This document shows, piece by piece, positions 9,841-18,631 of a DNA stretch of 64,000 bases (the stretch's first letter is position 1; every line of letters begins with the position of its first letter). This DNA is from a virus. A program made the translations under genes and the position numbers. The notes beneath the pieces are model-generated. The model saw only the letters and a list, made by a program, of their open reading frames with translations, made no database searches and was not told the DNA's origin. Where the stretch lies: positions 22,412 to 86,411 of the IMG/VR virus record IMGVR_UViG_3300008451_000399, one strand, 5' to 3'.

Positions 9841-12677
9841 TGCCTACATCAGTTTTTTATGCAGGTCAAGCAGATTATATCCCTAAGTTGAACGCTTTGT
9901 GGGACAGAGGAACAGCCTCATTGTACGGCACAAGTACAGATAGCGAAACACTTTCATTAGGTGCTAAAACCTTGACAACACAGACAGGGTTGCAGTTCTA
10001 TACGGGCAGTCAGATTACAATTACTTATGCTAGTGATTTGACGAAATATATGTCAGGAGTTGTGTCTGATTATGACTCAGAAACAGGGGTTTTAGATATA
10101 AACATCACCTCAGTAAGTGGTAGTGGTACATTTGCAAACTGGACTCTCACTCTGTCTGGTGCAGCAGGAGCTGCTGGTATTGCTGATAATATCAGTATCG
10201 GTACAGTTGCACAAGGGGTAACAGCTTCGGCAAATATTACAGGCACAAGTCCTGATAAGTATTTAAACTTAGTGTTACAAAAAGGTGACAAAGGAGATAA
10301 AGGGGACACTGGTAACGTAGGTGCTCCTAACGTATTAACTATTGGTACAGTTGCTCAAGGTACTGCTGCAGCTTCTATCACAGGAACAAGTCCATCTCAA
10401 GTGCTGAACTTAACTCTCCCAAAAGGGGATAAAGGAGATACGGGTGACACAGGGGCAGCAGGTCTTGTTGCTAAAGGCGCTTGGAATAGCGCAACAAATT
10501 ATGCACAGAATGATTGGGTTACTTATTCAGGCTCATCTTACTATCGCAAAGTAGCAGGTACAACTGGTACAGACCCTGCAACGGACACAACCAATTGGGG
10601 TATACTAGCACAAAAAGGAGCTGATGGTACAGGAGCTGTTTCTAGTGTTACAGCTAGTGCTCCTTTGTCTAGTTCTGGTGGCGCAACTCCTAACATTACT
10701 ATTGCAACAGCAGATACATCTACTACAGGTGTATTGACAAGTGCAGATTGGAATACATTCAACAGTAAACTTGGAAGTATCCCTAATACAACAGTTTCAG
10801 TGGGTTCTTATGGTAGTGCTACACAATCTCCTACATTCACAGTTGGTGCAGATGGTAGGCTAACTGTAGCGAGTAACGTTACAGTTACACCTGCATGGAC
10901 TTCTGTGACAGGTAAGCCAACGTTTGCAACTGTTGCAACAACGGGGGCTTATAGTGACTTAACAGGCACACCTGCTGCATACAGCTTACCGACAGCCTCC
11001 ACAACTATATTAGGTGGTGTTAAGGTTGATGGCACAAGTATTACAATTAGTAGTGGTGTGATTAGTGCGTCAGGTGGTGGTATAGTTGTAACAGATGTCT
11101 CTACTACCGAGTATGGGCAACTTACAACACTTCCTGATGCTACAACACTATCTGTAGGTCAAACTTATACTTACATGAACAATGGAGAGTTTCCTAGAAG
11201 GGTGAATGACTTTAGCGGTAAATTGTTAGGGTTCATTCCTTCCAAAGATGCTTCTATAATCACACTGCAAGATAATTCTACAACAACAGGTGTTTGGTCT
11301 TGTAATAACATAGATGTGTTTGCTGTATCTGCACAGTTTAGCAGTCAAGTGGCTCTAGGAGGAGGTACATCTATTAGTGTAAACTTTATTGTAGACATTG
11401 ACTCTGATAGACAATTATTTATATTCTCTGGTGGTATAACAACTTGTTACGGTATTGTGTACGATAGGTCTAGTAACACGTGGGGAACACCCACCCTCAT
11501 TAGAAATGCTAATTGTTCTGTGTCTGCAATTTTGTATGACACAAATAAAGTAGTAGTTATTACAAATGCAGCTTCAACTGCAATGGAAGCAGTAATGTTA
11601 TCTATTTCAGGAGTTAGCATCACTGTAGGAACTGCTGCAACTCAGACAGCGACAGTCTCGCCAACTTTCTTCGGTATTGTTGTTTGTAGCGGAAAAGTAG
11701 TCTTAAGCACACAAGAAACTGCTGGTACTCTCAGAGTTATCGATGTTAGTGGTACAACTTTGAGTTGGGCTTCCTCGACTACTTCTGGCACTGGCGCTCA
11801 GAAAAGATTATTTAAAGTTTCTGAAACGCAAATACTCACGATTGCATGGAATACTAATATTTATGCAACTCCATTCTCTTTGTCAGGAACTACGTTAACA
11901 TTAGGTACAGAGGTTAATACAACTACTACAACTAACCCGTTTAGAGCTGTTCAGATGTCTGATGGCACAGTTTTGGTGGTTGCTACTAACACTAATACAA
12001 TGGCATGTTTAGCTTCAGTGACTTCAAATGTAGCAAATTTGTCGGTGGTTCAAGACGTTATCGCAAATGCCCTATCAAGCAATGTGACAACATTTTTGGA
12101 TTGGTCAATAATATCTGCTGATAAAATACTAGTAGTTGGTCAAACTACTACAACAGGTTATCGTGCTAATATCATCAGTAAATCAGGAAATTCCATAACA
12201 AAAGGCACTGAGCTAACTGTTTCGGGAGCGACTGTTTCAGGAAGTGCTAATTGGGGTATCGCTCATACAACCTCTTCAATTGCTTATCTGCAAGCATCTT
12301 GGGCTGGTTCATCCAGTAGAATATCTCTGAATATATCAGGAACATCTCCTACTCTAGCTAAGATTGACAGAGCTTTTGAAGGGACTACCTATAAACCTTT
12401 GACAGTAAGTAATTCTTTTTACCAAGGGAATAGTGGGAATATGGGTATTTTTCCAGCAGAAGGTATTCTAAAAACTTCACAAGGGTCTTTAGCTTATTCG
12501 CAAACTACATCTGCGCCAGAAGCAACTTTAGTCACATCCAGTGGAATAACCTCTATACCAGCTAAATTTTATAGGGCTTCATTCAACAGAGCAAGAGGAA
12601 ACAGGTTAAATGAGGAGTGGATTATTTCTGGCTACGGGGATGGATTTACATTGCAGAAAGTTGAGACAAGTTTATGA
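9840..12677 (+). CDS. tail fibre / receptor-binding protein (945 aa)
   Basis: KGDKGD collagen-like segments, duplicated IGTVAQG...ITGTSP..LNL.L unit, Thr/Ser/Gly-rich C-terminal beta repeats. Confidence 0.85.
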   Translation: MPTSVFYAGQADYIPKLNALWDRGTASLYGTSTDSETLSLGAKTLTTQTGLQFYTGSQITITYASDLTKYMSGVVSDYDSETGVLDINITSVSGSGTFANWTLTLSGAAGAAGIADNISIGTVAQGVTASANITGTSPDKYLNLVLQKGDKGDKGDTGNVGAPNVLTIGTVAQGTAAASITGTSPSQVLNLTLPKGDKGDTGDTGAAGLVAKGAWNSATNYAQNDWVTYSGSSYYRKVAGTTGTDPATDTTNWGILAQKGADGTGAVSSVTASAPLSSSGGATPNITIATADTSTTGVLTSADWNTFNSKLGSIPNTTVSVGSYGSATQSPTFTVGADGRLTVASNVTVTPAWTSVTGKPTFATVATTGAYSDLTGTPAAYSLPTASTTILGGVKVDGTSITISSGVISASGGGIVVTDVSTTEYGQLTTLPDATTLSVGQTYTYMNNGEFPRRVNDFSGKLLGFIPSKDASIITLQDNSTTTGVWSCNNIDVFAVSAQFSSQVALGGGTSISVNFIVDIDSDRQLFIFSGGITTCYGIVYDRSSNTWGTPTLIRNANCSVSAILYDTNKVVVITNAASTAMEAVMLSISGVSITVGTAATQTATVSPTFFGIVVCSGKVVLSTQETAGTLRVIDVSGTTLSWASSTTSGTGAQKRLFKVSETQILTIAWNTNIYATPFSLSGTTLTLGTEVNTTTTTNPFRAVQMSDGTVLVVATNTNTMACLASVTSNVANLSVVQDVIANALSSNVTTFLDWSIISADKILVVGQTTTTGYRANIISKSGNSITKGTELTVSGATVSGSANWGIAHTTSSIAYLQASWAGSSSRISLNISGTSPTLAKIDRAFEGTTYKPLTVSNSFYQGNSGNMGIFPAEGILKTSQGSLAYSQTTSAPEATLVTSSGITSIPAKFYRASFNRARGNRLNEEWIISGYGDGFTLQKVETSL

Positions 12678-13246
12678 TGTTATTTATCAGTAATAAGTTT
12701 TTTGGCAATTTCAGAGAAATTAATGTTGAATCAGAAGGATTGTCCTGTGATAACAGTTTTCTGCCATTCAGCGTTATTGGAACTAACTATGCAATTGAAG
12801 ATGGCTGGTTTGATAATACAATTGTAAAAACAACAGAAGAAATTAACAAAGAAAAACTTTCTATATGGGAAGATATTAAACTCCACAGAACTAAAATCTT
12901 GGATGGTAATTTCTTTCATAATGGACATTGGTTCCATTGTACAGATAAAGATAAGATTGTATTTAGTAATCTGAAATCAACTGTACTGGAGCGTAGACTG
13001 GATAGCTTACCACTTAATGAAACTGCTACGCATGACGGTACTCCAGTGTATCTCAAGACAGTCGATAATGGGGCGATTACAATCACCTACGAACAGGTTG
13101 GTGGTATTGTAAATGCTTGCACATCTCATGTCAAGAAAACTTACGAGTGTGCAGCATATCATCAGGTTATGTTGAACGCTTCTAACAGTCCCTCCTCTTA
13201 CAATTGGAAAACAGGTTGGCAAATTCAATATGAGGATGAAACATGA
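12674..13246 (+). CDS. tail fibre assembly chaperone (DUF4376-like)
   Basis: Overlaps the fibre stop codon; WEDIKLHR...GHWFHCTD and terminal YNWKTGW. Confidence 0.65.
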   Translation: MMLFISNKFFGNFREINVESEGLSCDNSFLPFSVIGTNYAIEDGWFDNTIVKTTEEINKEKLSIWEDIKLHRTKILDGNFFHNGHWFHCTDKDKIVFSNLKSTVLERRLDSLPLNETATHDGTPVYLKTVDNGAITITYEQVGGIVNACTSHVKKTYECAAYHQVMLNASNSPSSYNWKTGWQIQYEDET

Positions 13247-13794
13247 AGATAGCTTTTTATAAAGGTACTAGGAAAGGACTTGCTGGTATTTACAGTAGAG
13301 GTGTTCGACTTGTCACAAAAGGCAGGTATTCTCATTGTGAAGTTGTATTTAATAATGGTATGAGTGCATCAGCTAGTTTTATTGATAAAGGTGTACGCTT
13401 TAAACGTATTGAGTACGACCCTGCTAATTGGGACTTCTTAGAAATTGATGATAAGTATGAGTTGAACGCTTGGAAGTGGTTTAAAGAACACGAAGGGGAA
13501 AGTTATGACCTTCTAGGGAATATCCACTTCCTTTTACCATTTGTAGGGGATGATAGACACAAATGGAGTTGTGCAGAGAGTGTAGCAGAAGCATTACAAA
13601 TTAGAGACAGTTGGAGAATCCATCCAAATAGTTTGTATGCATTAATTAGTAGTTTTATTGTTGTTAACCCAAAGAAAGAAGATATGAATAAATTTTATAT
13701 GAGTGCTGATACAGAAACACCAACAGACCCTGATGAGCCAGTAAAAGACGCTGGAGATGGTTTGCCACCACGTAAACCGCCAACGAATCCATAA
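13243..13794 (+). CDS. permuted papain-like (NlpC/P60, YiiX-like) protein with Pro/acidic C-terminal tail
   Basis: YSHCE, G.SYD and WSCAE motifs (His before Cys, permuted order). Confidence 0.7.
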   Translation: MKIAFYKGTRKGLAGIYSRGVRLVTKGRYSHCEVVFNNGMSASASFIDKGVRFKRIEYDPANWDFLEIDDKYELNAWKWFKEHEGESYDLLGNIHFLLPFVGDDRHKWSCAESVAEALQIRDSWRIHPNSLYALISSFIVVNPKKEDMNKFYMSADTETPTDPDEPVKDAGDGLPPRKPPTNP

Positions 13795-13796
13795 TC

Positions 13797-14198
13797 ATGA
13801 TTGCAGCTATTCTTATAGTAGCTGCTTTCCTTTTAAATATTAGAGACTTAAAATCTTTATTGTTATTAGGAGTCATCACAAGTATTGTATACGCACCTTT
13901 CAGCTATATCGAGGATTACCGTATTTGGTATTTGTCTTGCATAGCAGCGGATTGTTTTATAGCAGTTTTAAGTTATTATTTGAAGTCACAATCTTCTATC
14001 ATACTCATTCCAGCTTGTGTAGTGTTGGTATGTTCACACATCGCTTCGTGGTTATCTACAAGCATGTTTAATTACCACACAGTAGCTGTCACGTTGGAGT
14101 TACTACAAATAATCTCTTTAATCATAACTTCTCCAATCGTCTTATCTTTCTTGACGAATGCCATAATTAAACTAATAAAAATAAGGGGATTTAAGTGA
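13797..14198 (+). CDS. multi-pass membrane protein, function unknown
   Basis: 4-5 hydrophobic segments in 133 aa. Confidence 0.75.
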   Translation: MIAAILIVAAFLLNIRDLKSLLLLGVITSIVYAPFSYIEDYRIWYLSCIAADCFIAVLSYYLKSQSSIILIPACVVLVCSHIASWLSTSMFNYHTVAVTLELLQIISLIITSPIVLSFLTNAIIKLIKIRGFK

Positions 14199-14566
14199 GT
14201 GACACTAATATCTGGTTAGCATTGCTGTCTGGAGCAGTTGCTTTTGTAATAGGCTTAGTAAAAATAATATACAATCGAGTTCAACAAGAGCTTGACGTTC
14301 AACGAGAAGATATTAAGAAAAAAGCTGATAAAGAAAAACTTCAAGAGTGTGATGACAGATTTATCAGAGAGATAAAACGTATTGAGGATAGACATGATAG
14401 AGATATTGAAATTCTTGTAAGTCGTCAAGAAAGAGAAGTGGATAACTTAAAAAAGGATTTAACAGATCAAATGTCTGCTGTCAGAGATCAAATGAGTTCA
14501 ATGCGAGATGATTTAATGGCTCAAATGAAGCTCATGATGGAAATGATGAAAGGAACTAATAGATGA
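14195..14566 (+). CDS. membrane-anchored coiled-coil lysis protein (holin-like or i-spanin-like)
   Basis: One N-terminal TM followed by a charged coiled coil; overlaps the endolysin start. Confidence 0.5.
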   Translation: MSDTNIWLALLSGAVAFVIGLVKIIYNRVQQELDVQREDIKKKADKEKLQECDDRFIREIKRIEDRHDRDIEILVSRQEREVDNLKKDLTDQMSAVRDQMSSMRDDLMAQMKLMMEMMKGTNR

Positions 14567-15030
14567 GTGATATGTTATCTGAACATTTCTCATTAAAAGA
14601 ACTTACACATTCTGATAAAGCTATTAAGCTTAAGATTGACAACACCCCAACACCTAATGCTTTAGCTTCGTTATACATCTTAGCAAGCACTCTAGAACTT
14701 ATTAGAAAGGCTGTTGGCAAGCCTATGAAGATTTCTAGTGGGTATAGATGTCCTGAACTTAACGCTGCTATTGGAGGCTCTAAAACGTCAGCGCATTGTC
14801 TAGGATTAGCTGCGGATTTTACTGTAGCAGGTATGACTCCAAGACAAGTTGCTGAGAAGATTGTTGCATCTGATATTATTTTCGATCAGTGCATTTTGGA
14901 AAATATTTCAGCAACAAATCCTGACGGTGTGTGGGTTCATGTAGGACTCTCTACAACAAAGAACAGACAAGAAGTATTAACAAAGAAAGTTGGAGATAAG
15001 AAGTATTACTCTGGACTTATCCACTATTAA
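14563..15030 (+). CDS. endolysin, peptidase M15 family
   Basis: SEHFSLKEL, SSGYRC..LN..IGG...SAH..G.AAD and WVHV zinc-peptidase motifs. Confidence 0.92.
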   Translation: MSDMLSEHFSLKELTHSDKAIKLKIDNTPTPNALASLYILASTLELIRKAVGKPMKISSGYRCPELNAAIGGSKTSAHCLGLAADFTVAGMTPRQVAEKIVASDIIFDQCILENISATNPDGVWVHVGLSTTKNRQEVLTKKVGDKKYYSGLIHY

Positions 15031-15044
15031 ATAAAGGAACCATT

Positions 15045-15350
15045 ATGTTTGAAAAATTAAAATCATTCTTTGACTTATTCCGTAAAGGTCAGGAAATCAG
15101 TAACGCAGAAGCATGGAAGAAAGGTACTATTTCTGTATCAGCTCTTTCTGCATTCTTATATGCTATTGTAAAATTAACTAAAGGGACACAATATGAAGTT
15201 CCTCTCGATGAAGCATCTGTTGAAGCTTTCTCTGGTGCTGTGCTTACTCTTGCAGCTACAGTCATGCACATTATCACCTCAAAGAAAGCTGGTGTATTAC
15301 CAGCCAAAGCTCCAATCGAGGAACATAGTTATCCCTCCCTCGACAAATAA
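15045..15350 (+). CDS. holin-like two-TM protein
   Basis: Two hydrophobic helices, directly after the endolysin, good RBS (AAAGGA). Confidence 0.55.
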   Translation: MFEKLKSFFDLFRKGQEISNAEAWKKGTISVSALSAFLYAIVKLTKGTQYEVPLDEASVEAFSGAVLTLAATVMHIITSKKAGVLPAKAPIEEHSYPSLDK

Positions 15351-15489
15351 GTGTAACATAAAAATAAAGCCTTCTATCACTCTTTCACCTTTGCTAGAGG
15401 TAATTGAGCAAGAGAAGGCTTTGAATAATACAGAAATTGTAAAAGACTCTTTCAAGGGAATTGATTTTACAATTGTATGTAGAATATAA
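15193..15489 (+). CDS. overlapping lipoprotein, o-spanin-like (start 15193 or 15208)
   Basis: Signal peptide with lipobox LQS-C, in the +1 frame overlapping the previous gene; ends just before the terminator. Confidence 0.65.
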   Translation: MKFLSMKHLLKLSLVLCLLLQLQSCTLSPQRKLVYYQPKLQSRNIVIPPSTNKCNIKIKPSITLSPLLEVIEQEKALNNTEIVKDSFKGIDFTIVCRI

Positions 15490-15515
15490 ATAGAGTTTTA
15501 GTCTGAGAGGACTTT

Positions 15516-15549
15516 AGAGAGCTATCCTGAAAAGGACGCTCTCTTTTTT
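15516..15549 (+). terminator. rho-independent terminator at convergence of the two gene blocks
   Basis: AGAGAGC-TA-TCCT-GAAA-AGGA-C-GCTCTCT followed by a T-tract. Confidence 0.85.
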
Positions 15550-15558
15550 ATTGTCTAG

Positions 15559-15813
15559 TTATTTGCCACTAAAGAAGCCAGTAGCTTTCATAATAGATGT
15601 AGCTACAGCAATAGCTTTGTTGAAAGCTGTAGCATAGTTCTCTTGACTCACATCTGTAGCCACAGAAGATACATCTGACAACATCTCTTGCAATAATTTC
15701 ATCTTAGTAGCACCTTGTCCTTGAGCTGGAATTTGTGTTTCCAATACCTTCATAGCTTCAATTACAATTGGAATGAGTTGTAATACTAACTTAATAATCT
15801 GTAAAAAATTCAT
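15559..15813 (-). CDS. small amphipathic/membrane protein (LLH holin-like)
   Basis: Hydrophobic N-terminal helix, GQGATK motif, AGGAG RBS. Confidence 0.5.
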   Translation of the reverse strand: MNFLQIIKLVLQLIPIVIEAMKVLETQIPAQGQGATKMKLLQEMLSDVSSVATDVSQENYATAFNKAIAVATSIMKATGFFSGK

Positions 15814-15825
15814 TTTGATTCTCCT

Positions 15826-16188
15826 TTAATTAAATTTACTCTCAAGGAAAGCAAAAGCATTCCCCTTCTCTTTTACCACTGCGACTGCCTCATCACTTTT
15901 GATAGCTGCTTTAACATACTGTTTAGTGACAGCAGGTTTAAAACTGAAGTCCTTAGACACAATCTTAGCAGCCTTACCAAACTCTTTGGACAACTCTTTA
16001 ATCTCATTTGTCAGAGCAAAGATTTCTGTATCAGCAGCAATAGCAGCTTTGCGCTTATCTTGCAATTCTTTAATCTCTGCGTCAATTGTTTGCACAGCTT
16101 CTAATTGTGCAATGTAGTCCTTCAACAATTCTTGTTTCTTGTTGAGTTCTACTGCACGTTGTTTCAAATCATCAAATACGTTTGTCAT
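15826..16188 (-). CDS. coiled-coil hypothetical protein
   Basis: ORF with GGAG RBS, packed with neighbours. Confidence 0.7.
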   Translation of the reverse strand: MTNVFDDLKQRAVELNKKQELLKDYIAQLEAVQTIDAEIKELQDKRKAAIAADTEIFALTNEIKELSKEFGKAAKIVSKDFSFKPAVTKQYVKAAIKSDEAVAVVKEKGNAFAFLESKFN

Positions 16189-16200
16189 TGTTATTTCTCC

Positions 16201-16497
16201 TTAAAATGTTGTTGGTTTAGCTACAGCACGAGTGAGCTGCATAAAGCCTAATTTCAAATCTTTCTTACCTGCCAAAACCCACCCGTATGCATCTTCACAG
16301 GACTCATAATAGTCTTCTGTATCTGGATTGTAATCAAAAACATCAGAAGCTTTGGTAAATTCATCAGCAGCTTTATCTTCTAATTCCTTAACAAGCTCAC
16401 CCACTTGCTCTGCTAAAGCTTTAATCTTATTCATCAAGTCGATTTCCTCTTGTGATAAGTCTCGATAGCCCTTAATTTGTTTGTGTTGATCTTTCAC
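16201..16497 (-). CDS. acb2: Acb2-family anti-CBASS cyclic-oligonucleotide sponge
   Basis: N-terminal QHKQIKGYRDLSQEEIDLMN.IK and C-terminal W...GKKDLKLGFMQLTRAVAKPTTF closely match the Acb2 sequence as I recall it. Confidence 0.88.
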   Translation of the reverse strand: MKDQHKQIKGYRDLSQEEIDLMNKIKALAEQVGELVKELEDKAADEFTKASDVFDYNPDTEDYYESCEDAYGWVLAGKKDLKLGFMQLTRAVAKPTTF

Positions 16498-16527
16498 TTA
16501 CGTTCACCTTTGTCCATTCAATTCTCC

Positions 16528-17984
16528 TTATAAATCCTCTGTCATTAACAAGCCATAATTGGCTCCACGTTTTACTACAATAAACTCTGAACACACAACA
16601 CCTTGAGTAGTTTGTTTCATAAAACTATCAAAGCTATTTCGCATCAGAGAGTATGTTACACCAGTTTTGATGTCTTGTACAATAAATCGTACACTGCTAC
16701 GTCCTTGCTGAAATCCTTTATACTCTAACGTAGCAAAGAAAGGTTTCATGTCGAGCCAAGTTACTGAGCCATTCTGATACCCTAGATAATCAATCATATC
16801 TCCAGACGCATCTACAGGGTATTTACCTTTTGTGTCAGACATCAATTCTCCTTAAAAGTTTCAGCTTCTTTGCGTTCAACAGCTTCATTAACTAACACTA
16901 ATGTTTCCATAAGCTGTTTGATTCCCCATTTCCATAAAACAATCACAGACCAACCCACTGTAGCTACTACAAATAATCCTCCGATTGCGATAGCAGCAAC
17001 TAACGTCATAAAATCATACATCACTCATCTCCTTTCTTGTACTTTCTGTACTTATTAGGCTTAAACACTTCTAACCGCTTCTCCCACTCCAGTCGTTGCA
17101 AATCACCCATCTTCACTACAATCTTAGCTGTATCAGATGACTCTGTAGACACAAAGAAGTATTCTCCACAATGACTGACCTCTGCTACATATTTAGTAAA
17201 GCTAACCCCACTCCCTTGGTCTGGATTACCATTCCTATCTTCATTCAACAGCTTAAATCGAAACTTCTGTGGAAAGTGTGGATTGTTCTTCATAGATAAT
17301 ATCTGATACTCTAAAGCATTGCATTGTTCTATGAACATATTAGCAATACGCTCTTTAGCAATCCTATGCGACTCTTTAAATTGCTCAACGTTTTCAGGAT
17401 TGCTAAACCACTCCGTTGCTCTCTTGTTCATCTTCAGATTCCTCTATTAAATCAAACAAACCTTTACTAAGTCCAATATCAATTACATCTGGTGCATAAT
17501 AACGTGCAAACACTTCAGGAGTTCCTCTATGTCTTATTACCAATACAGCAGGAACTCCTTCTACTAATACATGTTCGTAATCAACAATTTCCCCTGTCTC
17601 ATTAAATATAAATTTCATGATAGACGTTTCCAAAGACCGCGATTGATAAGAGCACACACTTCGTTATATTCAAATAGTGAGAAGTAAATGTCTTCTATAA
17701 AGCTAATACGAAATGTATCTGAGTAAGCATCGTATTCTGCTTTACAGAGTTTATCATCTTCATTTGTAAACTTAAATGGTTCAATGTCGAATATATCCAT
17801 ATTACTCTCCTTTGACACACATATTCAAATGTACAGTGTATCCTTTACTTTCAGCTTGACGAATGAGTGCTCTCTGAGCAATCATACAAGCTTCAACTGT
17901 TTTGAATGATGGAACTACAGTTGTGGATAGATTTACAGCACTGGCATGTGTGTATAACGAAAATACAAATACTAATGTCCACAT
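16528..17984 (-). other. run of six small hypothetical ORFs (16528-16845, 16842-17024, 17021-17431, 17403-17657, 17615-17818, 17802-17984)
   Basis: Overlapping or abutting ORFs, several with GGAG RBS, downstream of the promoter at 18016-18044. Confidence 0.65.
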
Positions 17985-18015
17985 ACTTTTCTCCTTTAGT
18001 GATGTAGAAGCCTAC

Positions 18016-18044
18016 ATTGTAGACCTCTACGGTTTGATTGTCAA
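18016..18044 (-). promoter_or_regulatory. sigma70-like promoter
   Basis: TTGACA-17nt-TACAAT. Confidence 0.8.
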
Positions 18045-18047
18045 CAA

Positions 18048-18272
18048 TTATTTCAACATTTCTTGAAGTCCTTTAAATCCATTCTGCACATATAAATTAC
18101 CTTGGCTATCAAAGATTTGAGGAAAGCTGCGAAGACCTTGCGACACAATGAAATCAAAAGAATCCCAATCTTCATCACAATTTTTTACCACAAATTCAAT
18201 ACCACGACTTGATAATAAAGCTTTAGCACTTTCACATGATTGGCAATTATTTTTACTATAGACTGTCAGCAT
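18048..18272 (-). CDS. glutaredoxin / NrdH-like redoxin
   Basis: VYSKNNCQSC (CxxC), RSFPQIF, GF; near nrdB. Confidence 0.92.
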   Translation of the reverse strand: MLTVYSKNNCQSCESAKALLSSRGIEFVVKNCDEDWDSFDFIVSQGLRSFPQIFDSQGNLYVQNGFKGLQEMLK

Positions 18273-18630
18273 AATATTTCATCTCCTTGTAACGTAACTC
18301 TTGACTATGGAAGGAATTTCTCAAAGCCATTGATAAAACAAATAATCTATGTTGATTGTGTCTATCACCCTCATACAGTATCTGCATCTCATCTAGTAGC
18401 AGTTCTAGATTTAGTTCTTCTTTGCCGAATTCCTCATCATCTTTTACAATATCTTCATCATCAAGTGCCAATAAGAACACAATGTCTAATGCTAAGTTAC
18501 TTACAAACGTAATATCACACAAAGTACTATTCTCATAGTTTTGACTCAAATAATTTCCTAGTTCCTTAATACAATGTTCTAACGTGTTATGTGCTTCTTG
18601 TGCATCTTTTATCGCGAACAAATCTCCCAT
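18256..18630 (-). CDS. acidic hypothetical protein
   Basis: ORF packed between nrdB and glutaredoxin. Confidence 0.6.
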   Translation of the reverse strand: MGDLFAIKDAQEAHNTLEHCIKELGNYLSQNYENSTLCDITFVSNLALDIVFLLALDDEDIVKDDEEFGKEELNLELLLDEMQILYEGDRHNQHRLFVLSMALRNSFHSQELRYKEMKYYADSL

Positions 18631-18631
18631 A

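Noticed and set aside
10180-10460. Repeated DNA unit in the fibre gene as a possible CRISPR, shufflon or DGR repeat
   Set aside because: In-frame protein domain duplication plus collagen-like codons; no spacers, reverse transcriptase or adjacent invertase
13730-13737. CTGATGAG, a hammerhead ribozyme core-like sequence
   Set aside because: Lies in coding sequence and lacks the stem II plus GAAA arrangement
28-15307. Many short minus-strand ORFs within the tail and lysis genes (and plus-strand ones within the replication arm)
   Set aside because: Antisense shadows of long genes, with no recognisable motifs
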